The notes under the pieces are model-generated. The model was not told the origin of the DNA. It saw only the letters and a list, made by a program, of their open reading frames with translations, and ran no database searches. Of a DNA stretch of 64,000 bases, positions 18,373 through 30,591 are shown in pieces. Every line of letters starts with the position of its first letter. The first letter of the stretch is position 1. This DNA is from Candidatus Eiseniibacteriota bacterium. Lineage in GTDB: Bacteria > Eisenbacteria > RBG-16-71-46 > JABDJR01. The DNA is taken from positions 1,312,001 to 1,376,000 of the forward strand of contig CAVXKA010000001.1 in assembly GCA_963762255.1 (NCBI GenBank), in the 5' to 3' direction. The translations under genes were made by a program, and so were the position numbers.

Positions 18373-21300
18373 GCGCCGCTCCGGACGCGACCCTGAGCAC
18401 CCTTCCGCCCCGCGCCAACGCCGGGTTCCGGCGCTTCCGTCTCGTCTTTCTCCAGGACTTCCGCCAATCCTGGCGCCGGCCGATGTTCTGGATTCTGATC
18501 GTGGTCCTCGCCCTGACCTCGTACGGTCTCTCGACCGGCCACATGCGGATCGCCTCCGGCGAATCGCAGGTGGGCGGCACCAAGGCATGGATCACCTCCC
18601 AGTTCGCGGTGACCCAGATGTTCGCCCTGGTGGTCTTCCTCTTCTACAGTTTCTTCGTCGCCATCGCGGCCGGGATGGCGGTGATTCAGGACGACGAGTT
18701 CAAAGTCGGGGAGATCCTGAACGCCACGCCGCTGCGGCCCCGGGAGTATGTCTGGGGTCGGTTCCTCGGCATCTTCGCCGCATTCCTCGCCGTCCTCGGG
18801 CTGCACACGCTCTTCGCGATCTTCTTCGGCCATGTCTTCCCGCACGCGGGTAAGGAGGAGATCTTCGGGCCGTTCGCGTTCGGGAACTACGCCATGCCCG
18901 CGCTCCTGATGGGTGTGCCCACCATCGTGCTCATGGCCGGCACCGCGTTCGCGATGGGAACGTGGACCCGCAAGCCGATCCTTGTCTTCGTGTTTCCCGT
19001 GGCCATGCTGCTCGTGTGCGGTTTTTTCATCTGGAACTGGTCGCCGAGCTGGCTCGATCCCAAGTGGAACAAGCTCCTCATGCTCCTGGACCCGGCCGGG
19101 TTCCGGTGGCTGAACGAGACCTGGCTCAAGGTGGACCGCGGCGTCGACTTCTATAACTCCGCGCGCGTTCCCCACGACGGCCTGTTCTGGCTGAACCGCG
19201 CGCTCGCGATGGGCATGGGCCTTCTCGCCGTCGTCTTCGCCGAGCGCCGGTTCGCGGCGTCCCTCCGAGGCGCCGACGCAGGCACGCGCGCGGCTCGCCG
19301 GGTCCGAGCCGCGCTCGCCGGCGCCGGCGAGCGCCAGGGCTCGGGTGACGCCGCGGCGGCGCTGGCGACCTACGCCGCCTCGGGGAGCGCCTCACTCGCC
19401 GAGCTCGAAATGCGAAGCGGTCGCCCGAGCTTCTTCGGCGGCACGATCGAGGTGCTGCGCGTCGAGCTGCGCGAGCTGCGGAGTTCCGCCGGGCTCTATC
19501 TCTTCGTGCCGATCATTCTCCTTCAGGTGATCGGGACCGCGGCCTTCGCGGTGGGCGCCTTCGACACGCCGCTGCTCAACACGGCCGGCGGCATCGCGAC
19601 GGGGGCCATGAACACCCTCACGCTTCTCGTCTGCCTGCTGCTTCTCTTCTACACCGTCGAGTCGCTGGAGCGTGAGAAGAACACGGGCTTCGGGGCGATG
19701 TTCTACACCACGCCCGTTCGGACCGCGTCGATTCTTCTCGGCAAGGCCCTGGCCAACAGCTTCGTGGGGATCGTGGTTCTCCTCGCTGCATTCCTCGGCT
19801 CGGCCATCGTCATCCTCTCCCAGGGGAAGATGCCGGTCGATCCGCTGCCCTTCATCCTGGTGTGGGGTCTCCTTCTGGTACCCACCTTCATCGCCTGGAC
19901 CGGGTTCACCTCGGCGCTATGGGCGCTGAGCGGGAACCGCTTCACGACCTATGGAATCGCGCTGGGCGCGCTCATGCTCACCGGCTATCTCCAGATGGCC
20001 GGGAAGATGTCGTGGGTGGGTAACTGGGATGTCTGGTCCGTGGTGAGATGGAGCGATCTCGGTGTGTTCGAGTTGGACCGCAAGGCGCTTCTCCTGAATC
20101 GCCTCATGGTGTTGGGGCTGGCCGCCTTCTTCATCACCCTCACCGCCCGGGTGTTTGCGCGGCGCAGCTTCGACGTGGTTCGCCTCATGGACCGTCTGCG
20201 CGTGGGCGCGCTCATGCGCGGCAGTCTGGCGCTCATCCCTTCGCTCGTGGTGGTGCTCGCCTGCGGCGCCTTCCTGAAAGTGGCGGTCGACCAGGGTTTC
20301 GAGGGAGAGTCGGCCAAGAAACTGATGAAGGACTATTGGCGCAAGAACCTCACCACCTGGAAGGATGCGCCGCTGCCCTCCATCGCCGGCGCCGACGTGG
20401 ATCTCACGCTGGAGCCTCGCGACCGCGCCTTTCGCACGAGCGGCTCCTACCTGCTCGTCAACCGTCTTGACCATTCCCTGCGGCAGATCCCTCTCACCAT
20501 CGGGCTCGACTGGAAGGACCAGGAGTGGATGCTGAACGGGGAGGGGGTCAAGCCCGAGGATCGTTCTCACCTCCTCGTGTTCACACCGACGCGGCCGCTC
20601 GCCCCCGGCGACTCGCTGCGCATCGGGTTCAAGTTCCACGGCGTCTTCCCCAAGGGAACGACCAAGAACGGCGGAGGCATCGAGGAGTTCGTCCTCCCCT
20701 CCGGCGTCGTGCTCACCAGCTTTCGTCCCACGTTTGTGCCGCTGCTGGGATTCCAGGAGGGGATCGGGATCGACGAGAAGAACCAGTACGACGCGAAGGA
20801 GTACGCCGACGACTTCTATGTGGGAGTAACCAAGAGCGGTTTCGGCGTGGACCGGCCCTATCCGACGCGCATCCGCATCACCGGCCCCGCCGAGTACACG
20901 CTCAACTCCGTGGGAACTTGCGTCAGCGACAGCGTCGCCGACGGCCGGCGCACCGTGGTGTGGGAGAGCGACCAGCCGGTCGGTTTCTTCAACGTGGTGG
21001 CGGGCCGCTGGGAGACGTGGCGCGGCGACGGAACCGCGATTTTCTACAACCGCAAGCACAAGGTGAACGTGGAGGAGATGGGGGAGGCCCTCGACGCGTC
21101 GAGGAAGTACTACTCGGAGTGGTTCCTCCCCTTCCCGTGGCGCGAACTCAAGCTGAGCGAGTTCCCCGCCCTCGCCAACTACGCGCAGGGGTTCCCAACC
21201 AACATCACGTTCTCGGAGGGGATCGGTTTTCTCACCAAGAGCGAACCCAAGACCAACCTCGCGTTCATGGTGACCGCTCACGAGGCGGCCCATCAGTGGT

Positions 21301-22061
21301 GGGGGAACATTCTCTCTCCGGGAGAAGGCCCGGGCGGCAACATCCTCTCCGAGGGAATGGCCCACTTCTCGACCATGCTCCTCATCGGCCAAGTGAAAGG
21401 GGAATACCAGCGGCGCGAGTTCGCCAAGCGCATCGAGTCGCGCTATGGCGACAACCGGCAAGCCGACTCCGAGCGCCCCCTGGTCAAGACCGACGGCTCG
21501 CGCGCCGGAGACACCACGGTGATGTACGACAAGGGAGGGTGGACCTTCTGGATGCTGCTCAACCACATGGGACGCGATAACGCGCTCGCCGGGTGTAAGG
21601 AGTTCATCGAGACCTACCGCGACAACCCCGACCATCCCGTGCTGCAGGATTTCGTCGCGGTCCTGCGCCCGCACGCGCCCGACTCGACCGCCTACGACGC
21701 CTTCGTGCAGCAATGGTTCTTCGACAAGGTGGTGCCGGAGTACCGCGTGAAGGACGCGAAGCGGACGGCGCTGACCGACGGTGCCACCGACAGCACAGGC
21801 ACCTGGGAGGTTACCGCGACTGTCGAGAACAAGGGGACGGGCCGGATGCCGGTCGTGGTGGCGGCGACGGTGGGCGACGCGTACGACAAGGAAGGCAAGC
21901 CGAAGGACGGCTATCGCGCGGAGCGGCAGACGATCGTGCTGGGAGCGGGAGAGAGCGCGGAGCTCAAGTTCCAGTGCGGGTTCAAGCCGGAGCGCGTGGT
22001 CGTGGATCCCGACGTGCTCGTGCTGCAGCTCGAGCGCGAGCGGGCGACGGCGGGGCTCTAA
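18369..22061 (+). CDS. ABC-2-type double permease fused to an M1-family (gluzincin) aminopeptidase
   Basis: ATGA overlap with the ATPase; two blocks of TM helices, then YAQGFP, HEAAHQWWG, LSEG and YDKG M1 motifs. Confidence 0.9.
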   Translation: MSAAPDATLSTLPPRANAGFRRFRLVFLQDFRQSWRRPMFWILIVVLALTSYGLSTGHMRIASGESQVGGTKAWITSQFAVTQMFALVVFLFYSFFVAIAAGMAVIQDDEFKVGEILNATPLRPREYVWGRFLGIFAAFLAVLGLHTLFAIFFGHVFPHAGKEEIFGPFAFGNYAMPALLMGVPTIVLMAGTAFAMGTWTRKPILVFVFPVAMLLVCGFFIWNWSPSWLDPKWNKLLMLLDPAGFRWLNETWLKVDRGVDFYNSARVPHDGLFWLNRALAMGMGLLAVVFAERRFAASLRGADAGTRAARRVRAALAGAGERQGSGDAAAALATYAASGSASLAELEMRSGRPSFFGGTIEVLRVELRELRSSAGLYLFVPIILLQVIGTAAFAVGAFDTPLLNTAGGIATGAMNTLTLLVCLLLLFYTVESLEREKNTGFGAMFYTTPVRTASILLGKALANSFVGIVVLLAAFLGSAIVILSQGKMPVDPLPFILVWGLLLVPTFIAWTGFTSALWALSGNRFTTYGIALGALMLTGYLQMAGKMSWVGNWDVWSVVRWSDLGVFELDRKALLLNRLMVLGLAAFFITLTARVFARRSFDVVRLMDRLRVGALMRGSLALIPSLVVVLACGAFLKVAVDQGFEGESAKKLMKDYWRKNLTTWKDAPLPSIAGADVDLTLEPRDRAFRTSGSYLLVNRLDHSLRQIPLTIGLDWKDQEWMLNGEGVKPEDRSHLLVFTPTRPLAPGDSLRIGFKFHGVFPKGTTKNGGGIEEFVLPSGVVLTSFRPTFVPLLGFQEGIGIDEKNQYDAKEYADDFYVGVTKSGFGVDRPYPTRIRITGPAEYTLNSVGTCVSDSVADGRRTVVWESDQPVGFFNVVAGRWETWRGDGTAIFYNRKHKVNVEEMGEALDASRKYYSEWFLPFPWRELKLSEFPALANYAQGFPTNITFSEGIGFLTKSEPKTNLAFMVTAHEAAHQWWGNILSPGEGPGGNILSEGMAHFSTMLLIGQVKGEYQRREFAKRIESRYGDNRQADSERPLVKTDGSRAGDTTVMYDKGGWTFWMLLNHMGRDNALAGCKEFIETYRDNPDHPVLQDFVAVLRPHAPDSTAYDAFVQQWFFDKVVPEYRVKDAKRTALTDGATDSTGTWEVTATVENKGTGRMPVVVAATVGDAYDKEGKPKDGYRAERQTIVLGAGESAELKFQCGFKPERVVVDPDVLVLQLERERATAGL

Positions 22062-22139
22062 CCCCCCCCGCAATTCCTTAGATCATGAAGACTTACGGTT
22101 CTTGCATTTCGACGCTCATTGCGTCACTATTGACGAGTT

Positions 22140-22769
22140 ATGCGTCAAACAAGAAGCCGTCTTCTCGCGCCCATGCAGGAGAGAATCCTGGCCCTGATGC
22201 TTCTCCGACCGGAGCGCCAGTGGTATCGGAGTGAGCTGGCGCGGGTGCTCGGTGTTCCAACGTCAAGTCTCCAGCGCCCGCTCGGGTCCCTCTGCGAATC
22301 ACAGGTGCTTACCGCCCGCAGGGACGGAAACCGCCTCTACTATCAAGCCAACGCGCGGAGCCCTCTCTTTCCGGAGCTTCGAGGGCTGCTGGTCAAGACG
22401 TCCGGTCTCGTCGGAGTCCTGAGGGACGAGCTCGAACCCCTCGCGCCAAAGGTCACGGTAGCCCTAGTCTATGGTTCGATCGCTTCTGGGGAAGAGACCT
22501 CCGACAGCGACGTGGACCTTCTTGTCGTGGGGGCCGTCGGTCTCAGGGATCTCGCGGCGCCGCTTCGCGGTGCCGCCGTGCGTTTGGGACGCGAGGTGAA
22601 TCCCATCGTCTATTCGGAGGCTGAGTTCGCAGCAAAGTCCAGAGCCGGAAACGACTTCTTAGTGGCTGTCTTGGATAAGCCCAGGCTCTTTGTCGTGGGG
22701 ACAGAGGATGACGTTCGCAGAGCTTCTCAAGCAAAGGCGCGTGGCCCTGGAGCCGGTCGGGCCGGATGA
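22140..22769 (+). CDS. wHTH-fused minimal nucleotidyltransferase (MNT antitoxin-like)
   Basis: N-terminal HTH (RSELARVLG, RDGNRLYYQAN); YGSIASG...SDVDLLVVG; LGREVNP. Confidence 0.88.
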   Translation: MRQTRSRLLAPMQERILALMLLRPERQWYRSELARVLGVPTSSLQRPLGSLCESQVLTARRDGNRLYYQANARSPLFPELRGLLVKTSGLVGVLRDELEPLAPKVTVALVYGSIASGEETSDSDVDLLVVGAVGLRDLAAPLRGAAVRLGREVNPIVYSEAEFAAKSRAGNDFLVAVLDKPRLFVVGTEDDVRRASQAKARGPGAGRAG

Positions 22770-23151
22770 AATAGTCCTGCTTCGGGCGCTCGCCAATCGC
22801 TACATTGCTGATGCCGCGATCGAGGAGATGTCCCCCGAAGGTCGCTTCCAGCAGGCCTATGGGGCTGCGCGGACCCTCGCCACCATGGTCGTTCGAGCTT
22901 CCGGATACCGGGTCAAGCAGCCCGGAGCCCACTTCAGTACCTTCTTGGCCTTGGAAGCCGCTGATCCAGGGATCTTCCTCGACTACGCCACGTACTTCGA
23001 CACATGCCGTGCTCTGCGGAATGAACTTACCTACGAAGGCCCGGCGGGGATCTCCGAAACAGAGCTGGAGGAGGTCCTAAGAGTCGTCCCCGAATTCAGG
23101 CAGGCGATCGAGGCGTGGATTGCCCTGAATCATCCCGAGTTCGCACCATAG
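22708..23151 (+). CDS. HEPN-like protein (toxin partner of MNT)
   Basis: AYGAA...GYRV...GAH and RALRNELTY (Rx4-6[HY]-type motif); overlaps the MNT gene. Confidence 0.75.
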   Translation: MTFAELLKQRRVALEPVGPDEIVLLRALANRYIADAAIEEMSPEGRFQQAYGAARTLATMVVRASGYRVKQPGAHFSTFLALEAADPGIFLDYATYFDTCRALRNELTYEGPAGISETELEEVLRVVPEFRQAIEAWIALNHPEFAP

Positions 23152-23217
23152 GCCCGGTGGTCCCCCGGGAGCCCCGCTGGTAGACTGTGCCCGCGCCTCC
23201 GGCAGAGGGAAGAACCC

Positions 23218-25116
<1,899 letters not shown>

Positions 25117-25273
25117 GGCGGCACCAGCCTTAGAAAAAATTCTCTGAAATAACTTGATCCCGCCCTGCGCGGCGGGGTAGATTTCCCTCCGTTCGCCCTG
25201 AACATTATCCGTTCTACCCGCATCAGGGGCGCGCGTCCCGGCCCCGCATTATCCCACTCAAGGAGGCCCCCTC

Positions 25274-28200
25274 ATGTCTCGACGTATTCTGCCCATCCCA
25301 CTGCTGATCCGCGTGGTCGGCTTGGCTCTGGCCCTCGCGGTGTCTCCCGCGATCGCGCTCGGCGAAGTCCCCCAGCCGAGTTCGATCTGTCCGTCGAGCA
25401 TCTCGGTCCCGATCTCACTGGAACTTGCGGCACCCGAGGCGTCGATCGCACCCGGCGCGGCGGTCACCCTCACCGGGACCTTGCTCCCCGGTACGGAGCT
25501 GGCATCCGCCGAGCTCGCGATCTCGTCCGAGGGATCCGTCGAGCTGCTGGGGCCGACCGTTCTCACCTCGGGTCCTTTGGCGAACGGCCAGGCTTGGGTC
25601 TTCGAGATCCCCGTCCGCTACACCGCAAGCGGTCGCTCCGCGGTATTCGTTCGCGCGCTGGCCGATGACGGCACCGGCGGGGATCGGTTCGAGAAGAACG
25701 AAGGGATCTACACGATCTTCCACAACAACCGGCCGGTCGTCGCGATGGGCGACTACTTGCGCGCCGAACAGCGGGCGATCGAGCAGGATCTCAACTCGGG
25801 AGCGCTCACCGAGACGGAAGCTCGCGCCCAGATGCGGGAGAAATCCAGACCGGAACGCTTGCTGAACTTCAAGCTTCCTCCGATGCAGGGCGCCCCGCCT
25901 CCTCCCCCCAGCGGCACGCAGGTCATCGCACCGGCAGCCCTGGATGGAGGTGAGATCGCTCTCCAGGCGAGCCCCGCGTCGCCGACAGGCAATATCACGG
26001 TGCAAGGCACGGTGACCTGGCTCGACGAGAACGGGAACCCTCACCCGGCGTTCGGAGTGACGGTTCAGGTGCGGGACGATGAACTCATCGGCTCGGAACT
26101 GGTGGCCGCCATGGCAACCGGCACCGACGGCGCGTACCACTTCGTCGTCGACAACGATGACGGCATCGGCGCGGGCAACCGGGACATCTTCGTTCGGTTC
26201 ATCTCCGCGAACGCGGCGGTCTCCATCGAGACCGAGGGCATCCTGCACGCCGCCTACGAGGCCGACACCGGCATCTACGACGAGACGCCGGACGGCACCC
26301 TCATCACCGAGAACTTCACCGCCGCCAACACCGGCACCGGCCCCTCCCTGGGACTCCTGACCGGCGCCACCTACGTCGCCTCCTACACGGCGCACCTCAA
26401 TAGCGACAGCGTTCCTGGGCGGCATCCGGTTCGAGTGGCCCGGCGACACCGGCTCCGCGAACTACAACGGAAGCCGCATCAACCTGCGCCCCGGCGATCG
26501 CTGGGACTGGGACGTGATGTTCCACGAGTACGGACACTACGTTCAGGACAGCTTCAACTTCGAGAACGGCGTCGGCGGGCCCCACAACATCGGGGATTGC
26601 ATCGCCGACGTGCACAACAGCAAGAGCGAAGGCGTGCGGATGTCGTGGAGCGAGGGTTGGCCGACCTACTTCGGCACCGTCGCTCAGGACTACTTCAACC
26701 TCTCCTCGCTCAACGTCCCGCGCGTAGGCGACGTGAACTACGGGGACACCGGCGAGAGCAACTTCAGCTACAGCCTCGATGCCCAGGACAACAACGGACG
26801 GGGCGAGGACAACGAGCTCACCGTCCAGCGCATCCTGTGGGACTACTACGACACGAACTCGGACGGTCGCGACAACGTGACCACCTCCGAGACCACCCTG
26901 TTCAACATCCTGCGGGGCACGAACACCGAGACCCTCTCCGGAGGGATCGGGCTGATCCGCGCCACGCTGTCCAGCCAGCAGGACCTGGCCTACGGCGCGA
27001 TCACCACCGATCACCTGGTGGGGCCCTCGTTGAACTCGCCCGCGGCAGGGGCGATCGTCTCGCCCGCGAGCGCCAACTTCTCGTGGGATGCGCTCGTCGG
27101 ATGTCCGCTCCTCCTACAGCGGGGACTCGTTCGATCTCGTGTTCTATAACGCGAGCACGTTCGCGAAGATCCTGACGATCGGGGGCCTCGCCACGACGTC
27201 GCGGTCCTTGACGCTGCCCGAGTTACAGACGCTGGTGGCGTCGAGTCATCAAGTGCTGTGGGCGGTGGAGGGAAGGAACTCTTCCGGTCCGGCCACCGGT
27301 CCGTACCTGGGGGAGAGTTTTGCGATCACGGTGAACCAGCCGCCGGTGGCGGACGCGGGTCCGGACCAGACGGTGGAGTGCACGTCGCACACGACGACGT
27401 CGGCGGTGCTGAACGGGACGGGGTCGAGCGATCCGGACGGGGACGTGTTGACGTACCACTGGACGGGTCCGGTCGGGGTGACGTTCGACAACGCGAACGC
27501 GGCGATCACGACGGGGCACTTTCCGGAGGGTGCGACGGTGGTGACGCTGACGGTCTCCGACGGGATCGAGAGCGACCAGGATCAGATGACGGTGACGGTG
27601 GTGGACACGACGCCGCCGGTGATCGTCTGCCCGGCGGACATCACGGTGGAGTGCACGTCGCACGACGGGACGCCGAAGGGGGACGCGCAGCTGGTGCCGT
27701 TCTTCAGCGGGGTGTCTGCGACGGATGTGTGCGACAGCGCGCCGGATCTGACGAACGACGCACCGGACTACTTCGCGCTGGGAGCGACGGTGGTGACGTT
27801 CACGGCGACGGACGCGGACGGGAACTCGGCATCGTGTCAGGCGACGGTGACGGTGGAGGACACGACGCCGCCCGTGATCACGGTGGAGCTGAACCGGGAC
27901 GTGCTGTGGCCGCCGAACCACAAGATGTCGGACATCCTGGCGACGGTCGTAGTCACGGACATTTGCGATCCGAGCCCGACGTACGTGCTGACCTCGATCA
28001 CGAGCGACGAGCCGGACAACGGGTTGGGGGACGGAGACACGGACGGGGACATCGTGGCCGACCTGGGGACGCCGGACCAGGTGTTCCAGTTGCGGTCGGA
28101 GCGGATGGGTGGTGGGGATGGTCGCAAGTACACGATCCTCTACACCGCGAGCGACGGATCGGGGAACACGGCGCCGGACACGGCGTGCGTGCGGGTGCCG

Positions 28201-28926
28201 CACGACAGGTCGGGGATGGCGTTGTGCTCGGTAGGGTTCTCGTCGAACGGAGCGAGCCTGGATCCGCAGGCCCCCGGGTTCCGGTTGGTGGTGGTGTCGA
28301 CGGGAGAGATGGACGCGTGGCGCCTGGATCCGAAGCGGGTCTACGTGGGCAACCAGGCAGGGGTGATCTTGCCGATCGAGTGGCGGTTGGTGGACGTGGA
28401 CAAGGATCGGAACCTGGACCTGGAGGTGATCTACGACGCGCTGAAGGCACGGGAGATGCGGTCGCAGGCGACCAAGAAGAACCCGTTGGGACTGCACTAT
28501 CAGGGCGCGGACGGGGTCGACTATCTGGTGGGTGACATCTTCGGGCTGGGGACGCCGATCGCGCTGGTCGAGGATCCGGCGGAGCGCGATGGCGCCGAGC
28601 TGGCGGACATCGTCGCGGCGGACGATCCGATGGATCAACAGCCGGGTGTATCGGTGAGCACCTCCGAGGTGAAGCCTGGGCTGCAGGCGGGACCGCAGGG
28701 ATCGACGCTGACGCTGGCGGAAGGGGGTTCGGTCATCGTGGAGATCTTCAACGTGACCGGACGTCGGGTGAAGACGCTGGTGAACGCGAATCTGGCCCGG
28801 GGCCCGCACACGCTGCGCTGGGACGGGCGTGACGACAGCGGCCGGCGGATGCCGGAAGGGATCTACTTCTACCGCGTCCAGGCCCCCGGTCTGCAGACTG
28901 TGAAGAAGGTCCTGTTGGTTCGATAG
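25274..28926 (+). CDS. Large secreted modular zinc metalloprotease: HExxH domain + PKD + HYR + LWPPNHK domain + C-terminal FlgD-Ig (frameshifts ~26410 and ~27105)
   Basis: AGGAGG RBS and signal peptide; three overlapping ORFs join into HEYGH...SEGWPTYF, NQPPVADAGPDQTV, DTTPPVIVCPADITVEC, LWPPNHKM and IFNVTGRRVKTL...WDGRDDSG...GIYFYRV...KKVLLVR. Confidence 0.8.
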
Positions 28927-28939
28927 GCATGCAAACGCG

Positions 28940-28971
28940 GAGCGGGGGCGCCGGTAATGGCGCCCCCGCTC
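28940..28971. terminator. GC-rich hairpin between convergent genes (bidirectional terminator candidate)
   Basis: GAGCGGGGGCGCC-GGTAAT-GGCGCCCCCGCTC, a perfect 13-bp stem. Confidence 0.7.
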
Positions 28972-28978
28972 GTGCGTG

Positions 28979-29698
28979 TCAGTCCGTGGAATCCGCCCGC
29001 GCGATGACGTACGAGAGATGGATCAATCCCGCGTCCGCGCAGGCGTTCGTGTACTCCACATCCTGCGCGGTGAGGCACACGACACGATAATCCGCCAGGA
29101 TCGCCTCCTCACCGTGGAGGAGCGACACCGAGGCCTCGGCGTGTGTCACCCGCAACCGCATGTTCTTGATGAAGGTGAAGCACTCGCCGGTGGAGCGGCT
29201 CACGCAGTCTGTGGGTTCGAGCGCCAGGCTGAACCCGGGGATGCCGGTGGTGAGCGCCAGCTCGCCGGGGCCGCGATCGCTCGCCGCGGCGAAGAGGACG
29301 CCCTTATCGTCCTCGATGAGGATGCCGCTGGCTTCGGGAGACCCACCTACATGGTCGAGCACCACGCGGTACGAGCGGCCGGGAGTCACCGGAAGCGCCA
29401 CGACCCGGTCGGGATGTTCCCGGATTCCGTAGCGCAACGTGTCGAGGCCGCTGGTGCCCGCGTCGCGGATCACCAGCTCCTGAAGCCCGTTCTCGTCGAC
29501 CGGCGAGAGTGAGACGACCGGCCCCTCGACATCGAGGTGCGTGGAAGGCGAGAGGGCGAGGGTGTACGCGGTGATCGCGCCGACCGGTTCCGCGGTGCAA
29601 GCTGAGTCGGCGTCTCCGCAGGTGGGGGCGCCGACGACGAGGAAGAGGGCTGCGGCGCCAAAGGCCGCCCCCGGCGAACGGGAAAGAAAACGAAACAT
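28979..29698 (-). CDS. Hypothetical exported Cys-containing protein
   Basis: GGAGG RBS; signal-like N-terminus; C-terminal Cys pairs (CADAG). Confidence 0.6.
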   Translation of the reverse strand: MFRFLSRSPGAAFGAAALFLVVGAPTCGDADSACTAEPVGAITAYTLALSPSTHLDVEGPVVSLSPVDENGLQELVIRDAGTSGLDTLRYGIREHPDRVVALPVTPGRSYRVVLDHVGGSPEASGILIEDDKGVLFAAASDRGPGELALTTGIPGFSLALEPTDCVSRSTGECFTFIKNMRLRVTHAEASVSLLHGEEAILADYRVVCLTAQDVEYTNACADAGLIHLSYVIARADSTD

Positions 29699-29813
29699 GA
29701 TCAATCCTCCCGGGACGGGGCATTGAAGCTATCCTGCTCGCGGCCTGTCATAATCCTAGCATTCCAGGCTCTCACTTCCCGCATGCCCTCACCGACTTCG
29801 TGGAGGACGGCTC

Positions 29814-30576
29814 GTGATCCGAGTCATCGAAAGCGATAAGAACCCGCTCTTCAAGAGCTTGAAGCGCATCCTCGCGCCGCGCGGCATTCACAAGGAAGGA
29901 GAGGCGATCGTCGCCGGGCGGAAGCTCGTCGAGGAAACGCTGCGGGAGCTTCCCGGGCAGATCGCGGCGTGGATGACCGCGGGGGATGCAGACCCCGCCC
30001 CCCGAGGGCTCGCCGCACGGGATGGACTGGTATCAGCTCGCGCCGGCGCTCTTCCGCGAGGTCGATGTGTTCGGTACGCGCGCGCCGCTTCTCCTGGTGA
30101 ACGTGCCGCCGCTCCCGATCTGGGATCCCTCGGAGGGCCTCCCCGAGGGGACTTCGTTGCTCGTTCCCTTCCAGGATCCCGAGAACGTGGGGGCGACGAT
30201 TCGCTCGGCGGTGGCGTTCGGCGTCGATCAGGTCATCCTGCTCGAGGAGAGCGCGCACCCGTTCCATCCCAAGACGCTCCGCGCGTCCGGAGGTACGGTG
30301 CTGCGGGCGAAGCTCTTCGAGGGGCCGTCGATCAAGAAGTTGCAGGCCGCGCTCGACATCTTCCCGCTCTCGACGGAGGGGCGGAACATCTCGACGTTCA
30401 CGTTTCCGGAGCGGTTCGCACTCTTGCCCGGCCTCGAAGGGGAGGGCTTGCCGGAGGCCTGGCGATCGCGCGCACTGGCGATCCCGATTCGCCCGGAAGT
30501 GGAATCGCTCAACGCCGCGGCCGCGGTCGCAGTGGCGCTCTATGCTTGGTCGGTGTCGAAGGCCCGCCGCGGCTGA
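29814..30576 (+). CDS. TrmH/SpoU-family RNA methyltransferase (frameshift ~29995)
   Basis: IESDKNPLFK...AGRKLVEE N-terminus; QDPENVGATIRSA, GLEGEGL, VESLNAA. The frame changes at a C-run. Confidence 0.9.
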
Positions 30577-30591
30577 CGCGCCAACGAACCT

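Noticed and set aside
19917-22073. 718-aa minus-strand ORF and other long shadow ORFs (e.g. 42842..45253, 27223..28809, 49071..50645, 62432..63946)
   Set aside because: They are antisense to genes with clear family motifs, have low-complexity Arg/Ala/Gly-rich translations, and are expected in high-GC DNA.
29986-30005. Programmed frameshift or phase variation in trmH (and at the G-run ~14200)
   Set aside because: Short homopolymers in a sequence with many similar indels; sequencing error is more parsimonious.
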